From positions 3,349,854 through 3,413,853 of the forward strand of contig MU053758.1 of assembly GCA_013239625.1 (NCBI GenBank): 64,000 nucleotides of DNA, in the 5' to 3' direction. The stretch's first letter is position 1. Each line of letters begins with the position of its first letter. A program made the translations under genes and the position numbers. The notes beneath the pieces are model-generated. The model was given only the letters and a program-made list of their open reading frames with translations, was not told the DNA's origin and made no database searches. Source of the DNA: Lama guanicoe (Eukaryota). Shown here in pieces: positions 1 through 13,200 of the stretch.

Positions 1-2179
1 AATGATTTATTCTTCAACCAGTATTTGTTGAATGCTTACGAGATCAGACACTGCTCTCAAGGAGCTTGTGGTCTAGCAGAGGAAATACTGACATGGATTT
101 TGATTTTAATTTTAATTTTAATTTTAATGTTGGTGGATAAGAAGGATGAGGGCATGTGGGATGTGAGAGAGAACACTGAGACCCAAGGGCCCCCTGAGGG
201 TAAAGAATTGGATGAGTTCAGTCAGTCTGCCGGCTCTGGGGTCCAGGTTGTGGATGAATGGTAGAGTTGGGATGTCAGCATGTGGTAAGGTAGCAACATC
301 TTTAGATGATCCTCTTGGGCGTCAGAGGGTCTGGAGGAAACAACTCCACTGTGAGGGGCTCCCTTTAACCTAATTTAGAAAAGTGAAGGCAGAGAACCAC
401 CATCATTGCAACAAGATTCAAGTGACAATAACCATTGCAGGTAGTATAGCTTTTTGCAGTTTTGTGTTTTGTTCCTGTGATATGTTTTCTGCCCTTATAA
501 TCAGGGGCTTTGCACCTTTCTGGGGACTTACCGAGTGTCAATGGAGACTTGGTGTATCAAATTTTTTTTTTTTACAAGAATGAGTTGCTGCTTTTTGACT
601 CTCACAACACAGCTAATATTTTTTGATACCTCATGTTCCACAATGGCCTCCTTGTTTGGTGTTTTCTGCTTTTTAAAAAAAATTTTTTTTTTTTTAATTT
701 TTAGCAATGAAAAGGTAGGAAAAGCCTGGAGCAATTTCTTATGTGTTTGACACATATGGTGAGCAATACTTAATAATTGCTGCCCAGGGCAAAATGTAAC
801 AGGATTTTATGGCCAAGTCTTCTGTTGATAGAGTGGATGGGCTGGTAGCTACAGACACTTTTTCAAAATAAATGCGTCTCTCTGAAATGAGCTGTCAGGA
901 GGACTACAGTTTTGGAAGCCTGGAGTAATTAAGGAGCAATGTATTGGTTCCGAGGACCTGACATTAATGTTGACACATGATATTTCTGGGCCATTTGATC
1001 TGTACCAATAATTCATTTTGTTTCCTACTGTAGGACTCATTCTGTTTATAAGTCATTTGAGGCTTTATTAAAGATTTTCCTGGTGGCTTTTTAAAAGCAC
1101 AATATTTACTATAGTGTGTGTTTAATCATCATTTATGTTCATTGAACATAATAAGTATGACATTTGACCAGAGTTCAGGTCTTTAATCTCTAGCTCAGAT
1201 CCTTTCTCCCTCATAGATTATACTGACATAATGCCTTACATTGTCAACATGGAAAAACTAGACAGCAAAACTGACCCTAGAAGCAGTGACCAATTAGTTG
1301 AAGAGTAAACATGGAAACCAGTTACTCTGGCTTGTCACACATGTTAAAACCATGATCCTTAATCTGTTTTGTCACAATGATTACAATCATTTTATCTCCA
1401 TCATTTTGCATCTTAGTATTCCAGGAATTTTATCCAACACTTAATGTGGAAACTTGAATGAAATATTTTTTGGTAGAACTATAAGAAATCATTTAAGGAC
1501 TTTGTCCTTTTTACAGTTCTGTCAAAATGGATTTCACAAGTAGTTGGTATGCTACTTCAAAGCTTTGGTGTTTTATAATTGTACTAAGATATTTATATAC
1601 ACAGGTGATAATCCCCAATGCAAAACTGTCCTCATAAAATCTTCCTTTTGGGATGAACTAGCTCTTTTGATGAATAAGAAGGAATTTGAAGGAATTAAAG
1701 TCATTAGAAAAAAAAAGACTTCAAAACTGAGATTGAAAAATCTAAAATCTGTCTTTCAAAGAGCATTCCAAGACTAGCGCCTTCATTGAAAAACAACTCA
1801 TTGGTAATTGATTTTGGATTATTCTTCCATTGTTTTCCTTGTAAGCATATTTGTCCAATGCTTTACTCTGATACATCTCATATAAGTAATTGAATGCAGT
1901 GTATGTGTATGCATACATATTTGTATACAATCCATACGTGCGTATATGTGGGTGTCCACAATGTTCTGGCATAAAGGAAGGGTCAGATTTTCATGTTCCT
2001 TGATTCAGAGGAAAAAAGGTTGATGACATTTTTCTATGTACATTTGAAAAATAGGCTCAGATGAAGAATTAAAGAATCGCTTTGTCTTGATGTGGATATT
2101 AAAAAGCACTGAAACCATCCAACACCACTTTTGCCTCTTGGCTGCACAGTTGATCCTGAATACTCTGCCAGTAGTATAT

Positions 2180-2410
2180 ACACCAGGGATCAAAAGCACA
2201 GATCTGGATTTGAATCCTGTCTCTACTGCTTGCTTGCCATGTGACTGTGGGCAAGGTTCTTAACCTCCATGAGCCTCCCTTTCCTCATAGGGAAAGTGGA
2301 GGGTGGTAATGATGCTCAGCACAGCATTGTTGTAAAGATGAAATGAAATGACCTTTCTGAAGTGCTTAGCACCACACGTGGCATGTAGGAAGCGCTCAGT
2401 GAGTTGTAGC
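2180..2410 (+). mobile_element. MIR SINE (one of many; others at ~14320-14480, 19620-19740, 29270-29500, 31420-31660, 46030-46265, 49870-50100, 53110-53230, 54850-55400, 57140-57390)
   Basis: MIR core: TTTGAATCCTG...TGTGACTGTGGGCAAG...AACCTC...TTTCCTCAT...GTTGTAAAGATGAAATGA...GTGCTTAGCAC. Confidence 0.7.
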
Positions 2411-2768
2411 TACTAGTAGCAGCAGTGATCATGGTAGAAGTGCAGTAATTGTAAACTTGGTGATGGTGACAAGGAAAGGGCCACTAACACCGTTGAGTAT
2501 ACACTAGGCTAGTAACATTGTGTCACTGATGTTGATTGACGTAGCCAGCAAGCTGAAGGACAGCCTTTGGATGAAAATATAATTGAGAATGCACGTGGTA
2601 ACTTTTAAATCTGCACAGTGACCCAGAAGTATCCTAAGTGGGAAGAGTTATGATTTACACAGAGCATCGGCACATCAGATGTTAATAGATTGCTTAGACA
2701 ATAGGCTGTGTGCTGTGCCCTGAGGATGGGCAGATGCATAAGGTAAGGGCCTGTCCTGATGTCTGTTT

Positions 2769-2771
<3 letters not shown>

Positions 2772-2808
<37 letters not shown>

Positions 2809-2822
2809 TGTGTTTGTGTGTG
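2772..2822 (+). repeat. (TG)n microsatellite
   Basis: Direct observation; two interruptions. Confidence 0.95.
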
Positions 2823-2996
2823 AATTGGGGTGGAGGGAACCAGAGAAGCAAACTTGGTGTGGCAAGATTTTGAGAGGTGAACTCCACTCTCAGGTTGTTC
2901 CCTACATGGGTGATGTCCAGGCTGGCCCCAGGCTTCCACACCATCAAATGGAGAGGATGGATAAGTGAAGTTCCAACTAAGATAAGCTCCCAGAAT

Positions 2997-3310
2997 GGTG
3001 CTGTCCAACATTGAACTACCAATGTCATTTAAAATTTTCTAGCAGCCACATTGAAAAAAGTTAAAAAAAAAAAAAAAGACCCAGGTGAACTTCATTTTAA
3101 TAATATAGTTTATTTAAGCCAATATGTCCAAAACATACAATCAATATAAAATTGTTAATGAGATCGTTTACCTTTTTTTTCCTTATCCTTTAGACTGTCT
3201 TTGGAATGCAGTGTACACTTCACACTCACAGCATTTCTCTGTTTGGATGGGTCATGTTTCAAGTGCTCCACAGGTCTGTGAGGTTAGTGGCTACCTTAGT
3301 GGATGGGACA
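2997..3310. mobile_element. MER33/MER3-like hAT-Charlie element
   Basis: GCTGTCCAA...TTAAAATTTTCTAGCAGCCACATT...GTTTCAAGTGCTC...TAGTGGCTACC resembles the recalled consensus. Confidence 0.65.
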
Positions 3311-3840
3311 TTTCTGGAGCTCAGCTACTCAAAGCATGACCCTCAGTGTGGTGGTGTAGGGATTCCCTGGGTCCCCTCCCCGCCTTCCGAATCAGGATCT
3401 GCATTTTAGCAAGCTCCTTGGTGAATCACTGAAGTCTAAGTTGGGCTGCTTGATGACTTGAAAATCTGGTCGTTTGAGGTTACGGAACTTCTCCTCGGAC
3501 CGTATTTGCTGTACATTTCCTTATCATAGACTAACTAAAGCATCTTATCATAATCAGACCAAAGGTAGAGTCCAGTTTAGCCTTTACTGGAATCAGTGGT
3601 ATCTAGTTAGATTTCTCTTAAACAGAAGGTTGAGATATTTTAGGAAGAGCTGATGGAAAAGCAGACCAAAGATGACACAAAGAGACTTTTTTATGCAATG
3701 ATGTAATGAACGACACCAGTGTTCTCAGCAGAGCTCTCCTTTTCTGACACGTTTTGAGAGGGAGAAAGAAGGGAACAGAGTGAGGGGGTCTGGTTAATTT
3801 CTTAATTCATGGGTTTTTCATCATGTCAGAGTCCCTCCCC

Positions 3841-3991
3841 CAAGGTTGGCTTCATGGGCAGATGACCTTAGAAGGGCCTGGCACTTGGTTTAATGCTCTG
3901 CGGTCCCAGTGTCGAAATTCTTAATAATTTTGAACGAGGGTCCCTCATTTTCATTTTGTACTGGGCCCTGCAAATGATGCAGCTGGTCCTG
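3841..3991. mobile_element. MER91A-like hAT-Tip100 element
   Basis: GGCTTCATGGGC...CTTGGTTTAATGCTCTG...GAAATTCTTAATAATTTTGAAC...TTTTCATTTTGTACTGGGCCCTGCAAAT...GGTCCTG. Confidence 0.7.
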
Positions 3992-4559
3992 CCTCTCCCT
4001 GGTCCTGTACTCACTACACCTGAAGCTGTGAGAAAGTAAGTGGATGAGGTAGGTTTTTGGAGTGGATGAGGTAGGTTTTGGGAGGAGCTGATGTTCTCTT
4101 TCACTTCCCCCTCCCCACCATCTCTTTATAATCGAATACATAAAAAAGAGATAACCCAGGCCTCCGGGGCAGCTGGGCTCAATAATGCTTGAGGTAATGG
4201 TGTTCTAAAGCCGGATGTCAAGGGAGGCTAAATGCTGTAAATATGTAACAAAACACCATTCACCGTGGGACAAAGAGGAAGTTTCTAAATCAACGTATAT
4301 AAGCAGCCCCACCCTCCCGGCCATCTCCACCAGGTTTACTGTAATCACCGCTGTTTGCACAGAGCTCAGGTACACCTGGCAGCGCCAGTGAGTCAGCTGG
4401 GCCCAGTCATGTTGACAGTTTTATGTGGGTATAAGTTAAATGTTAACTTCCATTTTGTCAAAAATTTTAACAAAATATGAACATATATTGGTAGTTATAG
4501 TGCTCAGACCCGAAATCAAATGCTTGGAACCAACTCAAAGTTTGGAGACCTGAGGCACT

Positions 4560-4990
4560 GAATTTTCTACCAGCCCCCTTGGTGCAGTTTGTGATGCACC
4601 AGCAACTTCGGCTTCTCCTGGGAGCCGGTTAGAGCTGCACGGCGGGCCCACTAAATAAGAATCTGCCATTTCCAAAGATCCTCAGGGGATTTGTGTGCAT
4701 ATTAAAGGTTGAGAAGGCATGTGCTCGTGTATTCAACAGCTGGTTGGCTCGGTTGGTGCGCGGGGCGGGAATAGCTAACCATTCACAGGTGCACGAACTT
4801 AATGCCTGAGCCCTCCTGGAGAGTGATGGGGAAGCAGGGTGGTCCCCATATGGGCAGCGTCAGCATCACCTGGGAGCTTGGCACAAATACAAATTCTCAG
4901 GCCCCACTGATTCTCGGAATCGGAGACCCTGTGGGTGGGAGCCCAACAATGTGTGTCCTAAATCCTTGAGGCGATTCTTTGAGAACCACT
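4560..4990. mobile_element. Two MER5-type hAT-Charlie relics
   Basis: GCAGCGTCAGCATCACCTGGGAGCTTG...AAATTCTCAGGCCCCAC...TTTGAGAACCACTG, plus a more diverged upstream copy. Confidence 0.6.
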
Positions 4991-6109
4991 GTTAGAAGGG
5001 AACAGAAGTAGGAAAGATGACTACTGGTTGTACATTTTAGTTCTGAATGCTTTATTTTGTCAAGCGGAGCCCAATGTTGAATCATAAGGCAACAGTTCTA
5101 ACTTTGAAAGAAACTGTGATGTTCTGACAGATTTAACTCAGTTAGTAGAAATTTATTTTTGAGGGAGATTTGAACAAGGGAAGGGGATAGAAAGAAACAA
5201 AATGGTTGGAAAAATAAAGTGAATGAAATGACTGGGGATTAGTCAGCCCAGGGGAGTGAAGAGTGAGAGGAAATGCCTTTGATCCTTACTTTTTTTCTGT
5301 AAATAGTGAGAGCCTCTGGTCATAAAGGCTCTCCTGGGACGGGAAGAAGGTGTTTCTTGACTCAAAGTGGCAAGCAGGGCTGTGTGTCCATTCAGAACTT
5401 CTCGAGACTCTGTTACAAGCAGGTCTGATGCTGTGATAGAGGCTTGGAGGTGCTCGGGTCACTCCATGAGGCCTGATTAATAAAGCAGTAATTACAAATC
5501 AGTGCAAGTGTTAATGAAAAGTTTAGGAATATAGAGGAGGGATTCCCAAGTGAAAATTGATAAAGGGAAGTCACTGGATATTCCCTGGAGGTGGTCACAT
5601 GCCAGTGCAGCGCTCAATCAGCCAGGCAACCAGAAGGGACATGGGAGATGGCCAGTGCATCCTGAGAATGCAGTGATGAATGACTTGTGGACGAGTGACA
5701 TACTATCTGAGAATTAACTCTTATTCCACAAATATTTATCAGTGCCTACTATGCATGTGGCAGTGTCCCAGGCCATGGGGAAGACGGACACAAATTTCTG
5801 TTTATGGAGCTTCATTCTAGCTAGAAATTGAACCTGGAAAAGATTGTAACAGACAAGATGGATGTAAGTAAATTATAAGATAATGTGATATAATTATAGT
5901 AGAAGTGTGGAGAAGTGGAAATGGGGCTGTGGCGTGGCCTCGGAATCCTATATCATCTTCCACGACAGGAGATTAAGCCTTTAATGTCTTAAGTTGAGTA
6001 ATCGAGGAAGAGCAATGTAAGCATGTTCTTTAGAAAGATTTTGGAGAGGAAGATTCAGGAGTGGGGAGACCAAGGATCACTATTGCTTAGTATGAGCCTG
6101 GTAGAATAT

Positions 6110-6660
6110 TTGATGTTTCATTCATTCATTCATTCATTCATTCACTCACAATATTTATAAATACTTTAATAAGTGTGTCAGGCCCTGTTGTAGGCACTGG
6201 GGATACAGTAGTAAAAACACACACACACACACACACACACTAAAATTTCCTCTCTCATGGAATCCAAATTCGGAGGAGGGGTCCAGCAGTGGAGAGAGCA
6301 GGCCAGAGGATGATCCAGGCAATGGAGATAAATGAAGGGGCCGGGGGTGGCAGTTGGCGCCTGGGAGGGTGCCCTTGTAGATACAGCAGTTAGGACTGGC
6401 CTTGCTGAGGGTGCTGTTTGCATGAAAAGCGGAAGTTGTGGGGGAGGGAAGAGTATCAGCCTGGGGCGAGGACCTCCCAGGTGCAAAGATCTGGAGGTGG
6501 GAGTGTGGGTGGAGCAGCGGGCGGCCCAGAACTGGTGCTGAAGGGTGGAAGGGAGAGAGGCAGGAAGGGAAGTCAGAAGAAAATGGCGGTAGTGAGCAGA
6601 CGGCAAGGACTGTGGCTTTTACTTGGTGTGGCGTGGGAGGCCATTGCACTTTGTAGAGTG
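6110..6660 (-). mobile_element. L2 LINE 3' fragment with embedded (CA)n
   Basis: (CATT)n tail, AGGCACTGGGGATACAGTAGT, purine-rich L2 body; (CA)12 at 6217-6240. Confidence 0.6.
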
Positions 6661-9559
6661 AGCCTCTATACCTCTAAAACAGATTTATTGGGCACACTTT
6701 ATAAAAACTGATTTTAACAGAATAGACAATATAACACTTTATCAAATGTATGTGTTGTTTTACAGTCATCACTTGAGAGGGGAAAGCAGTGTCAATGGTA
6801 ACACGGTTTTGAATGCAAAGAAATTAAAATAAAAGCTAAAGGAGAAACTAAAAATGATTCAGAGCGAGACCCCTAACATCTCCCAAATGGAATCAGAAGC
6901 TTAGGACTCTAGTAACCCAAGCAGAGTCTGGGCAATTGGGTTTTTTTTTTTCATTCATGCGTTACTACCTCCCACCCCCTGCCACTTGTCCATCCATCCT
7001 TCCAAACCACTCCTCTGATTACTAGAAATTGTTAGAATCTAGTGTCATTCAGGTTTAACAAAGAGAAAGCCTGTTTTCCCTTCGAGGATTTACAGTCTAG
7101 GCCGAGAGGCTAGCTTAGGGCTTGCAGGTAGATGGACGGGGAGGACCTGGCAAAAATGGGAAATAAGTGCGGACTGGAACAGACAACAGAGTACTGTGCC
7201 GCAGATGTCCCCCGGCAGAGCTGTATGCTCAGCACAACAGGTTGTCACTTGGTACCGAAGCAAGCTTTCACATTCCTTAGAAAACTGTCTCTCAAGCCGA
7301 CTGACAGCTTTTGCCTCTATTCAACAGTCAGTGAACAGTTTTCTGGTATCTAATTTAGTTTGTCGGCACGGTGATCATGAGACAAAGGGGAACAGGATGG
7401 TGATAAAGCAGCAACACCAACACCACTTCCGTTGTAAAGGAATAGGGGTCATTTGTGGATGGGTTTGTGTGATTCCATTCCTGATCAACCTTGAGCAGAC
7501 TGGTAAGACAACATTTCTGAACCTTGAAGTTTGAGGACTGGACTTTGCCAACCAATGTGTGTTGAATGAGTAAGCGTATATAGGGCAGTGACTCTGGAAG
7601 GCTCATCCGGACATACTCTGTCCTTCTCACCTGCTGTAAGTACACTTACAGCCACAAATGTGTGACACAGACAGCCACATAAGGACACACAGCACAGTAA
7701 CACTCAGTATTGTATCCCACAAAGTGAGCTATCTGAACAAGGGGCTAAAATATCCCAAACTTCAACATGGCTATGAAGGGATCTTAGGTGAGGTCTGGAT
7801 ACAGTGTCTAACCTCATAGAGTAAGTACACAGTTGATGGTTAATAAATGAATAAGCGAATAAATAAGTGAGTATGAGCGGTCCAATTTATCTGTTTTAAA
7901 GAGGGAAAAATTTCTTTGTATTTTTCTTAAAAATCCTTCCTGTTTTTTATGGTGTCTGCTATCATTAAAATGCATTTTACTATATTCCTCCCTCTCGTTA
8001 AGGAATTGATCACATGTTTCTATAGATAAATTAACATAAAAGGATCATGTCATGTCAGCTTCTTCCTGGGAAAGAACACAGACCCTGGAATCAAGAGACA
8101 TAGGATTTTAATTTCTGTGTTACTGTGACCAAGTTTCTTTATCCTTTAGGAACTAATATCACTGAAGATGAAATGAATCATTCTGTCTCGAAAATCTTAA
8201 GATTCCATTTTATGACTTTACAAGTATTATATTTATTTACCTCTTGCTCCCTCTGCTGGATGATTGACTTTCTGCTTTGCTCTTATAATGACTATATTGT
8301 GTAGCTGTAGGACTTTCTTTTTTCTTTTTGTTACTTAAAAATCCCCACGCTTAAACTGAATCATCATTACACTCAAGAGAAACCCTTTGACCCAGTGGTT
8401 CCCATCCTTAAGCTGCATCTTGGAATCTCCTGGGGGCTTGATGTTACAGGCTAGGAATACAGTTCAGGCTTTTACTGTATTCAGTGTTCCTGTCCTGGAG
8501 GGTGGCGTTTGGCCACAGTGTCTTTAAATCCAAGACTTCAGAAGCCATGGTTCTTTGTGTTTTTAACCTAGGGATCTTTTCCTTAAATCATTCTGGACAT
8601 TTTAAGGGATGTATCAAAGTATTGGGCCAGCTCAGGATATGGGCATCCATCCTTTGTCCTGACTTGACCCTTCAAATAAGTCTACTTGGCATTTGCCTTC
8701 AAGGTCCTGCCAAGTTCTGAGACTGCTGTGTGATGGAATTTGCTGCCCTAGGCTTCTACCTTCATCCTTATTTTACTTCAGAGTTTTCCTATTACTCTTG
8801 TGGTTTTTGTGACTCTTGTAGCCCACACTCCCGAAAAATGGGCCCACAAGAATGCTTACTATCTAGGCCACTGAGGTCATGAAATCCAGATTCACATTGA
8901 TTATATTACAAAGTTCAGATGCATTATGGACAGGGCTACACGTTAATTAGCTTAGTATGCAGATTTTCTAAACGTTTTGCTTCCCCGATTCTCCCACTTT
9001 CAAGTCAGAAGTCCCTGTCCTCTTAGTCTGCATCTCTACAGCCCTTGAAAGCCCAGGTCTCCATAGTGTAGTCCCCGCTGCAGCCCCACAGTTAGAGTCA
9101 AGAGGGGTTTTACTTCACCTGTTAGCAAACAGAGGGGCAGGCGATGGTGAGATCATGATTTAAGATCTCTTCCTTAAAGCTTTTTATTAGGATGCTTGAA
9201 TTTAAAAGAAAAAACATTTTTAAATGTTCTTTGATCATTGTTAAGGGATCAAAAGAGTCCTTTGATCATTGTTAAGGGAATTTGTGTTCAGTGAGCTGTG
9301 GCGGAAGGCTGCAGTTTAATTTTTATTTTTAGTGGGGAGGGAGGCTTGTGGGAGAGACGTGAAAACCTGGTGATTCCATTTTGGTGATCGTTCTTTCCTA
9401 CCGGGCCTGTTGTACAAACTACTGAGATTTAAAGTTGCTACCACGCCTTGGTCTTGAGTTGTGAAGGTCTGGTGTCCTTTTATTCCCTCTAGGGGATCCT
9501 AATCCAACCTGAGAGCCCTGATCTGGAAAAATATTGAATTCAGGCCTAAATTGCCTCTC

Positions 9560-9578
9560 TGGTCAGCAGGGGGCGCTC
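9560..9578 (+). promoter_or_regulatory. Candidate CTCF binding site
   Basis: TGGTCAGCAGGGGGCGCTC closely matches the CTCF core consensus TGGCCACCAGGGGGCGCTA. Confidence 0.7.
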
Positions 9579-10034
9579 TTGCCATTCATATCTAACCAGG
9601 GCCAGTGCAACCCTTAGACGCTCCTGGGAAAACCCGTTGGTGAGTCACCATAACCACCCTTCCTCCTCTGTTCAAGTTGGCATTCTGCCAAGAACAGCAT
9701 CACTTCTCGGTGAGCAACAGTTGGCCAGTCATCTCGAAAAGCGAAGTATATCCTTCATCTTATTTTTAATTTTGCCTGTAAGTGTGAATTACCAACGGGA
9801 AAAGCAGATCCTTCTCTGTCTTTTAAATTATCACACAAACCCTGAATTATCCAGGTGCTCTTCAGATTAGCCATGTTCGTGTTTGATTGTGTGCAGAGGG
9901 GTCAAAGGCCCTCTCAGCTGTAGGAAAGTTTGAATAGATGTTCCCTGTTCCCTGGCAGAGATGTTGGTATAGATGGGCCAGACTGTTCCTGCTATAATTT
10001 CAACCCATTTTCCCATGCTGAAATACCTATGGAC

Positions 10035-10220
10035 GGGGTTTACACACTTTTTTTTTTTTTCTGTAAAGGCTAGATGGTAAATATTTTAAGCTTTGTAGGC
10101 CAGAGAGACTGTGCTGTAACTACCCACCTCTGCAGCTGTAGCCCAAAGTAGCAGACAACGTGTAGGCAAGTGGGTGTGGCTGTGTCCTAAAGAGACTTTA
10201 TATATAAGCTGACCAACCTG
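10035..10220. mobile_element. MER58A-like hAT-Charlie element
   Basis: TTTTCTGTAAAGGCTAGATGGTAAATATTTTAAGCTTTGTAGGCCA...GGGTGTGGCTGTGTCCTAA. Confidence 0.7.
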
Positions 10221-13200
10221 CAGACATCTATAGGTATTCAAAAGCCACTTAATATGTTCCTTATATCTGTTATTTTATATTCTTTATAAACGCAAATTCT
10301 TTTATAGTTAATAAGAAAATAGTCAAATCTGAATTCTCTCTCGTTCCATTCCTATTTAGAATCAAAGCCTGGTCCCCCTTTGATTCCTGATAAGCATCAT
10401 TGCCCTCTTCTTGAAAAGGCCTGGCTTTCTGTTTTCCTTGTAAGCAAAGCAGTGGCCCCCAAAACACTCCCCAACCCCTTGAAGAGCAGAGAGGATGATA
10501 AAAGTCCATGGAAGTTTTTAAGTAGGTAACACAGCAGTTTAGAAACCAGTGCTGGAATTGTGAAGTTTTCATCTTTCATCCATCACGTTATTTCATCCAT
10601 ATTTTAAAAGAAAGATGCCACAGGATAAAATAACAGGCACCAACTGGCCTGAAATATCCCAGGAAAATCTGGTTTAAGATTTTTCTAGGAGTGGATCCAA
10701 GAGCATTTTTCGTTCTGCCTTTTGATCTGTCCAAAGATACACAGGATACTTGGATGCCTCCAAGACATAGATGCCAATATGAAAATAGTCTCTGACAAGT
10801 TGTCTTGTGAAAGGAGCCAGCACTTAGAGAAGGGATAATTGTCAGGGCAGGAACTGGAACGTTTTTTCCTACTGCCTGACCTCAAACCCACTGTTGTGCT
10901 TGTTCTGTGAATGGATTCTGTTTCTTCCAAGTGTGAGTGGGTTTGGGGGAAACCAAGGTACGCCGACTGCTGCCTACAGTTTTAGTCTCCCTTCCCCTCT
11001 CCGCTTCTGATAACAGAAGGTTACGTGTCCCTCTGCCTTCCCTTGAAGACACATTTAGCTGGGGCTGAATCCAGAGGAGATGAAATGAGAAGTGGCCAAG
11101 AGGAGAAACTCTGGAGGTGCTTCTACATTGAGACAGTTTTATATAAATGTATAAATGTCAGCGGTTACTTGGAGGCACCAAAACAAAGTGGGGGGGGGGA
11201 GTGCAGGAAGCAAATATCTGTGAGCCCCAACCCCCACCTCCTGTGGGACCCAAACAAGCACAGGGAGCCTTCCAGACATCATTTGGATCCTTTAAGCGTA
11301 GCACAGACCACATAGGTTTTCCTTCTAAAGGGCTATGGAGTAGGCGCTGAATTCTCCCCCTTGCACTCTCCTGGTGGGGCGGGGTGAAGCATAGCTGATA
11401 CCAGGCACTACTGGGAAGATCCTGGAAGAACGTATTTGTGTATCAAAGCCTTGAACTCCCTGCCCCGGACTCTTCTCTTCATTGTTCCCCCACTTCCAGC
11501 GTCTATGGGTTCCTCTCGCCAGCCTCCCAGTCTGGACCCCTGGATGGGTCTCAGGCTTGCATAGGTGCAGGCTCCCGGCCTCCTGCCAGCTGCCTGACGG
11601 CTCCGCAGGGGCCTTTCTGAAGGCTGTGCTCTTAACCCTGTGCCTGCTGGAAAATTGTCAGCAGCCCAGTGCTTGTCTCTGGGGAGGGGGGCTGTTTCTT
11701 CCTTCTACTTTCTGTGATGCGGAATGAGGGAACTGACTCTGGACATCTCCTGTTCGAAGGCAGCCCCAGTGCGGTCTGACACAGAGCCTGTCCTGGTCAC
11801 TCTGACCTCTGGTTGGCCCAGCGGCAGTGTGGCTGGGGTGGAAGAGAGAAGACTTGAGGGCTGTCATCTCCTCCTTTGGGCTGTACTGGCCTTAGGTGCG
11901 CTTACCTGAGAGGTAGGGGCAGAGGAGGAAGACAGATGATGCCTTGTCTCCTGTAGAGAGGCCTTTTCCAGAACCTTTCAACCACCTAACATTGTAGAGG
12001 GAAGGAGAATGGACAGAGTGAGAAATGGAATCGCCGTGTCCCCACAATAAGGTCTCTTTCCAGTGGCCCGGCCCCCTGTGCATGAAGGAACCATTAAAGA
12101 CGCTCGCTCCTTCCCCAGAGCTGCCTGTCCGCAGGTGCATCACCTCTCTTAACTCTTAGCCCTGTAGCCAGTGTCGTCTGTAGACTCTTAAGAAACTATT
12201 ATCCTTGTGTGTGTGTTAGATCTTTCTTTGAATAACTAAAAGATAAATAATCTTGGATTTTCCATGGCTTCCCCAAACACTTAGATTAATATTTTCTTGG
12301 AAGGCCCTTTTTTTGGTCTGCCAGTTGATTATTATTTTCCGAGAACACTAATGACAACCCAGGCGTGATGTCTCCAAAGCCTCACATTAAGGCAGCTTGC
12401 ACCACAAACCTGCCATTCAGGTAATGACGGCTGCCCTCTGGAAAAACAGGCTGGGGCCTCCCGGGGGAAGGCCGTGTGGAGATGCCTGGGTGGTTGCTAA
12501 GGGTGTAAGTCCATTCACAGGACTTGATTTGGTGGAACTGGCCGGAAGGGCCAAGGAGAGCTCGATGAAGCTTTTGTTGAGTGTGGGGGAAAACTTCAAG
12601 AGGGTAGAAAGAGCTTTACTGAAGAGACAAGCTTTCTTTTTGTCTCTCAGCTCAAATCAATTTCCTTATCATGACACCAGCAAAGGTAATAATTATCATG
12701 ACTACCTTCCATGATTAGGGGCGCCAGGTCTGGCAGTTGGGCAAAGGGACTGTTTTGTGCATTTTAATTTCCTTCTCTGAAGTTCTGACTTCATGAACTT
12801 CCTTGTTTTGTTTTCCTAACAGTGACCGGCTCTATGGTAGACACATGTTAGGAGTTTCATAAATATTTCTTGATTGTTTCTTCACTCCAACTCATATGTG
12901 AATTTCTTGAAAACAGGGCTAATCACATCAGTAACAGCAGTGAGACCTCCAGTCCAAGCTGGGTTAGGTTAGTGGGGAACAGGATGTCATGTTACCGAGT
13001 TATTGCTGTTTTTCCTAAAACTTCAGCCATTGTCTAGTGCTTTGAATAAAGAAATGGTCCTTGAAGAGAATTTAGGAAGCATTTTATAAGTGGATACTCA
13101 TATGTAAAGAGTGGCATACTTTTTAGTGCTGAGTTAGCCAATGCAATAGACAGCGTTGGACAAGGTGTTTTGCGTCCTCTCCAATGAGTCTGATAAGTGG

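Noticed and set aside
6155..6711. Cluster of 70-164 aa ORFs
   Set aside because: They lie within a degraded L2 and a (CA)n tract, with no coding signature.
9229..9279. CRISPR-like repeat-spacer-repeat
   Set aside because: Only two 20-bp copies with an 11-bp spacer in mammalian DNA, and no cas genes.
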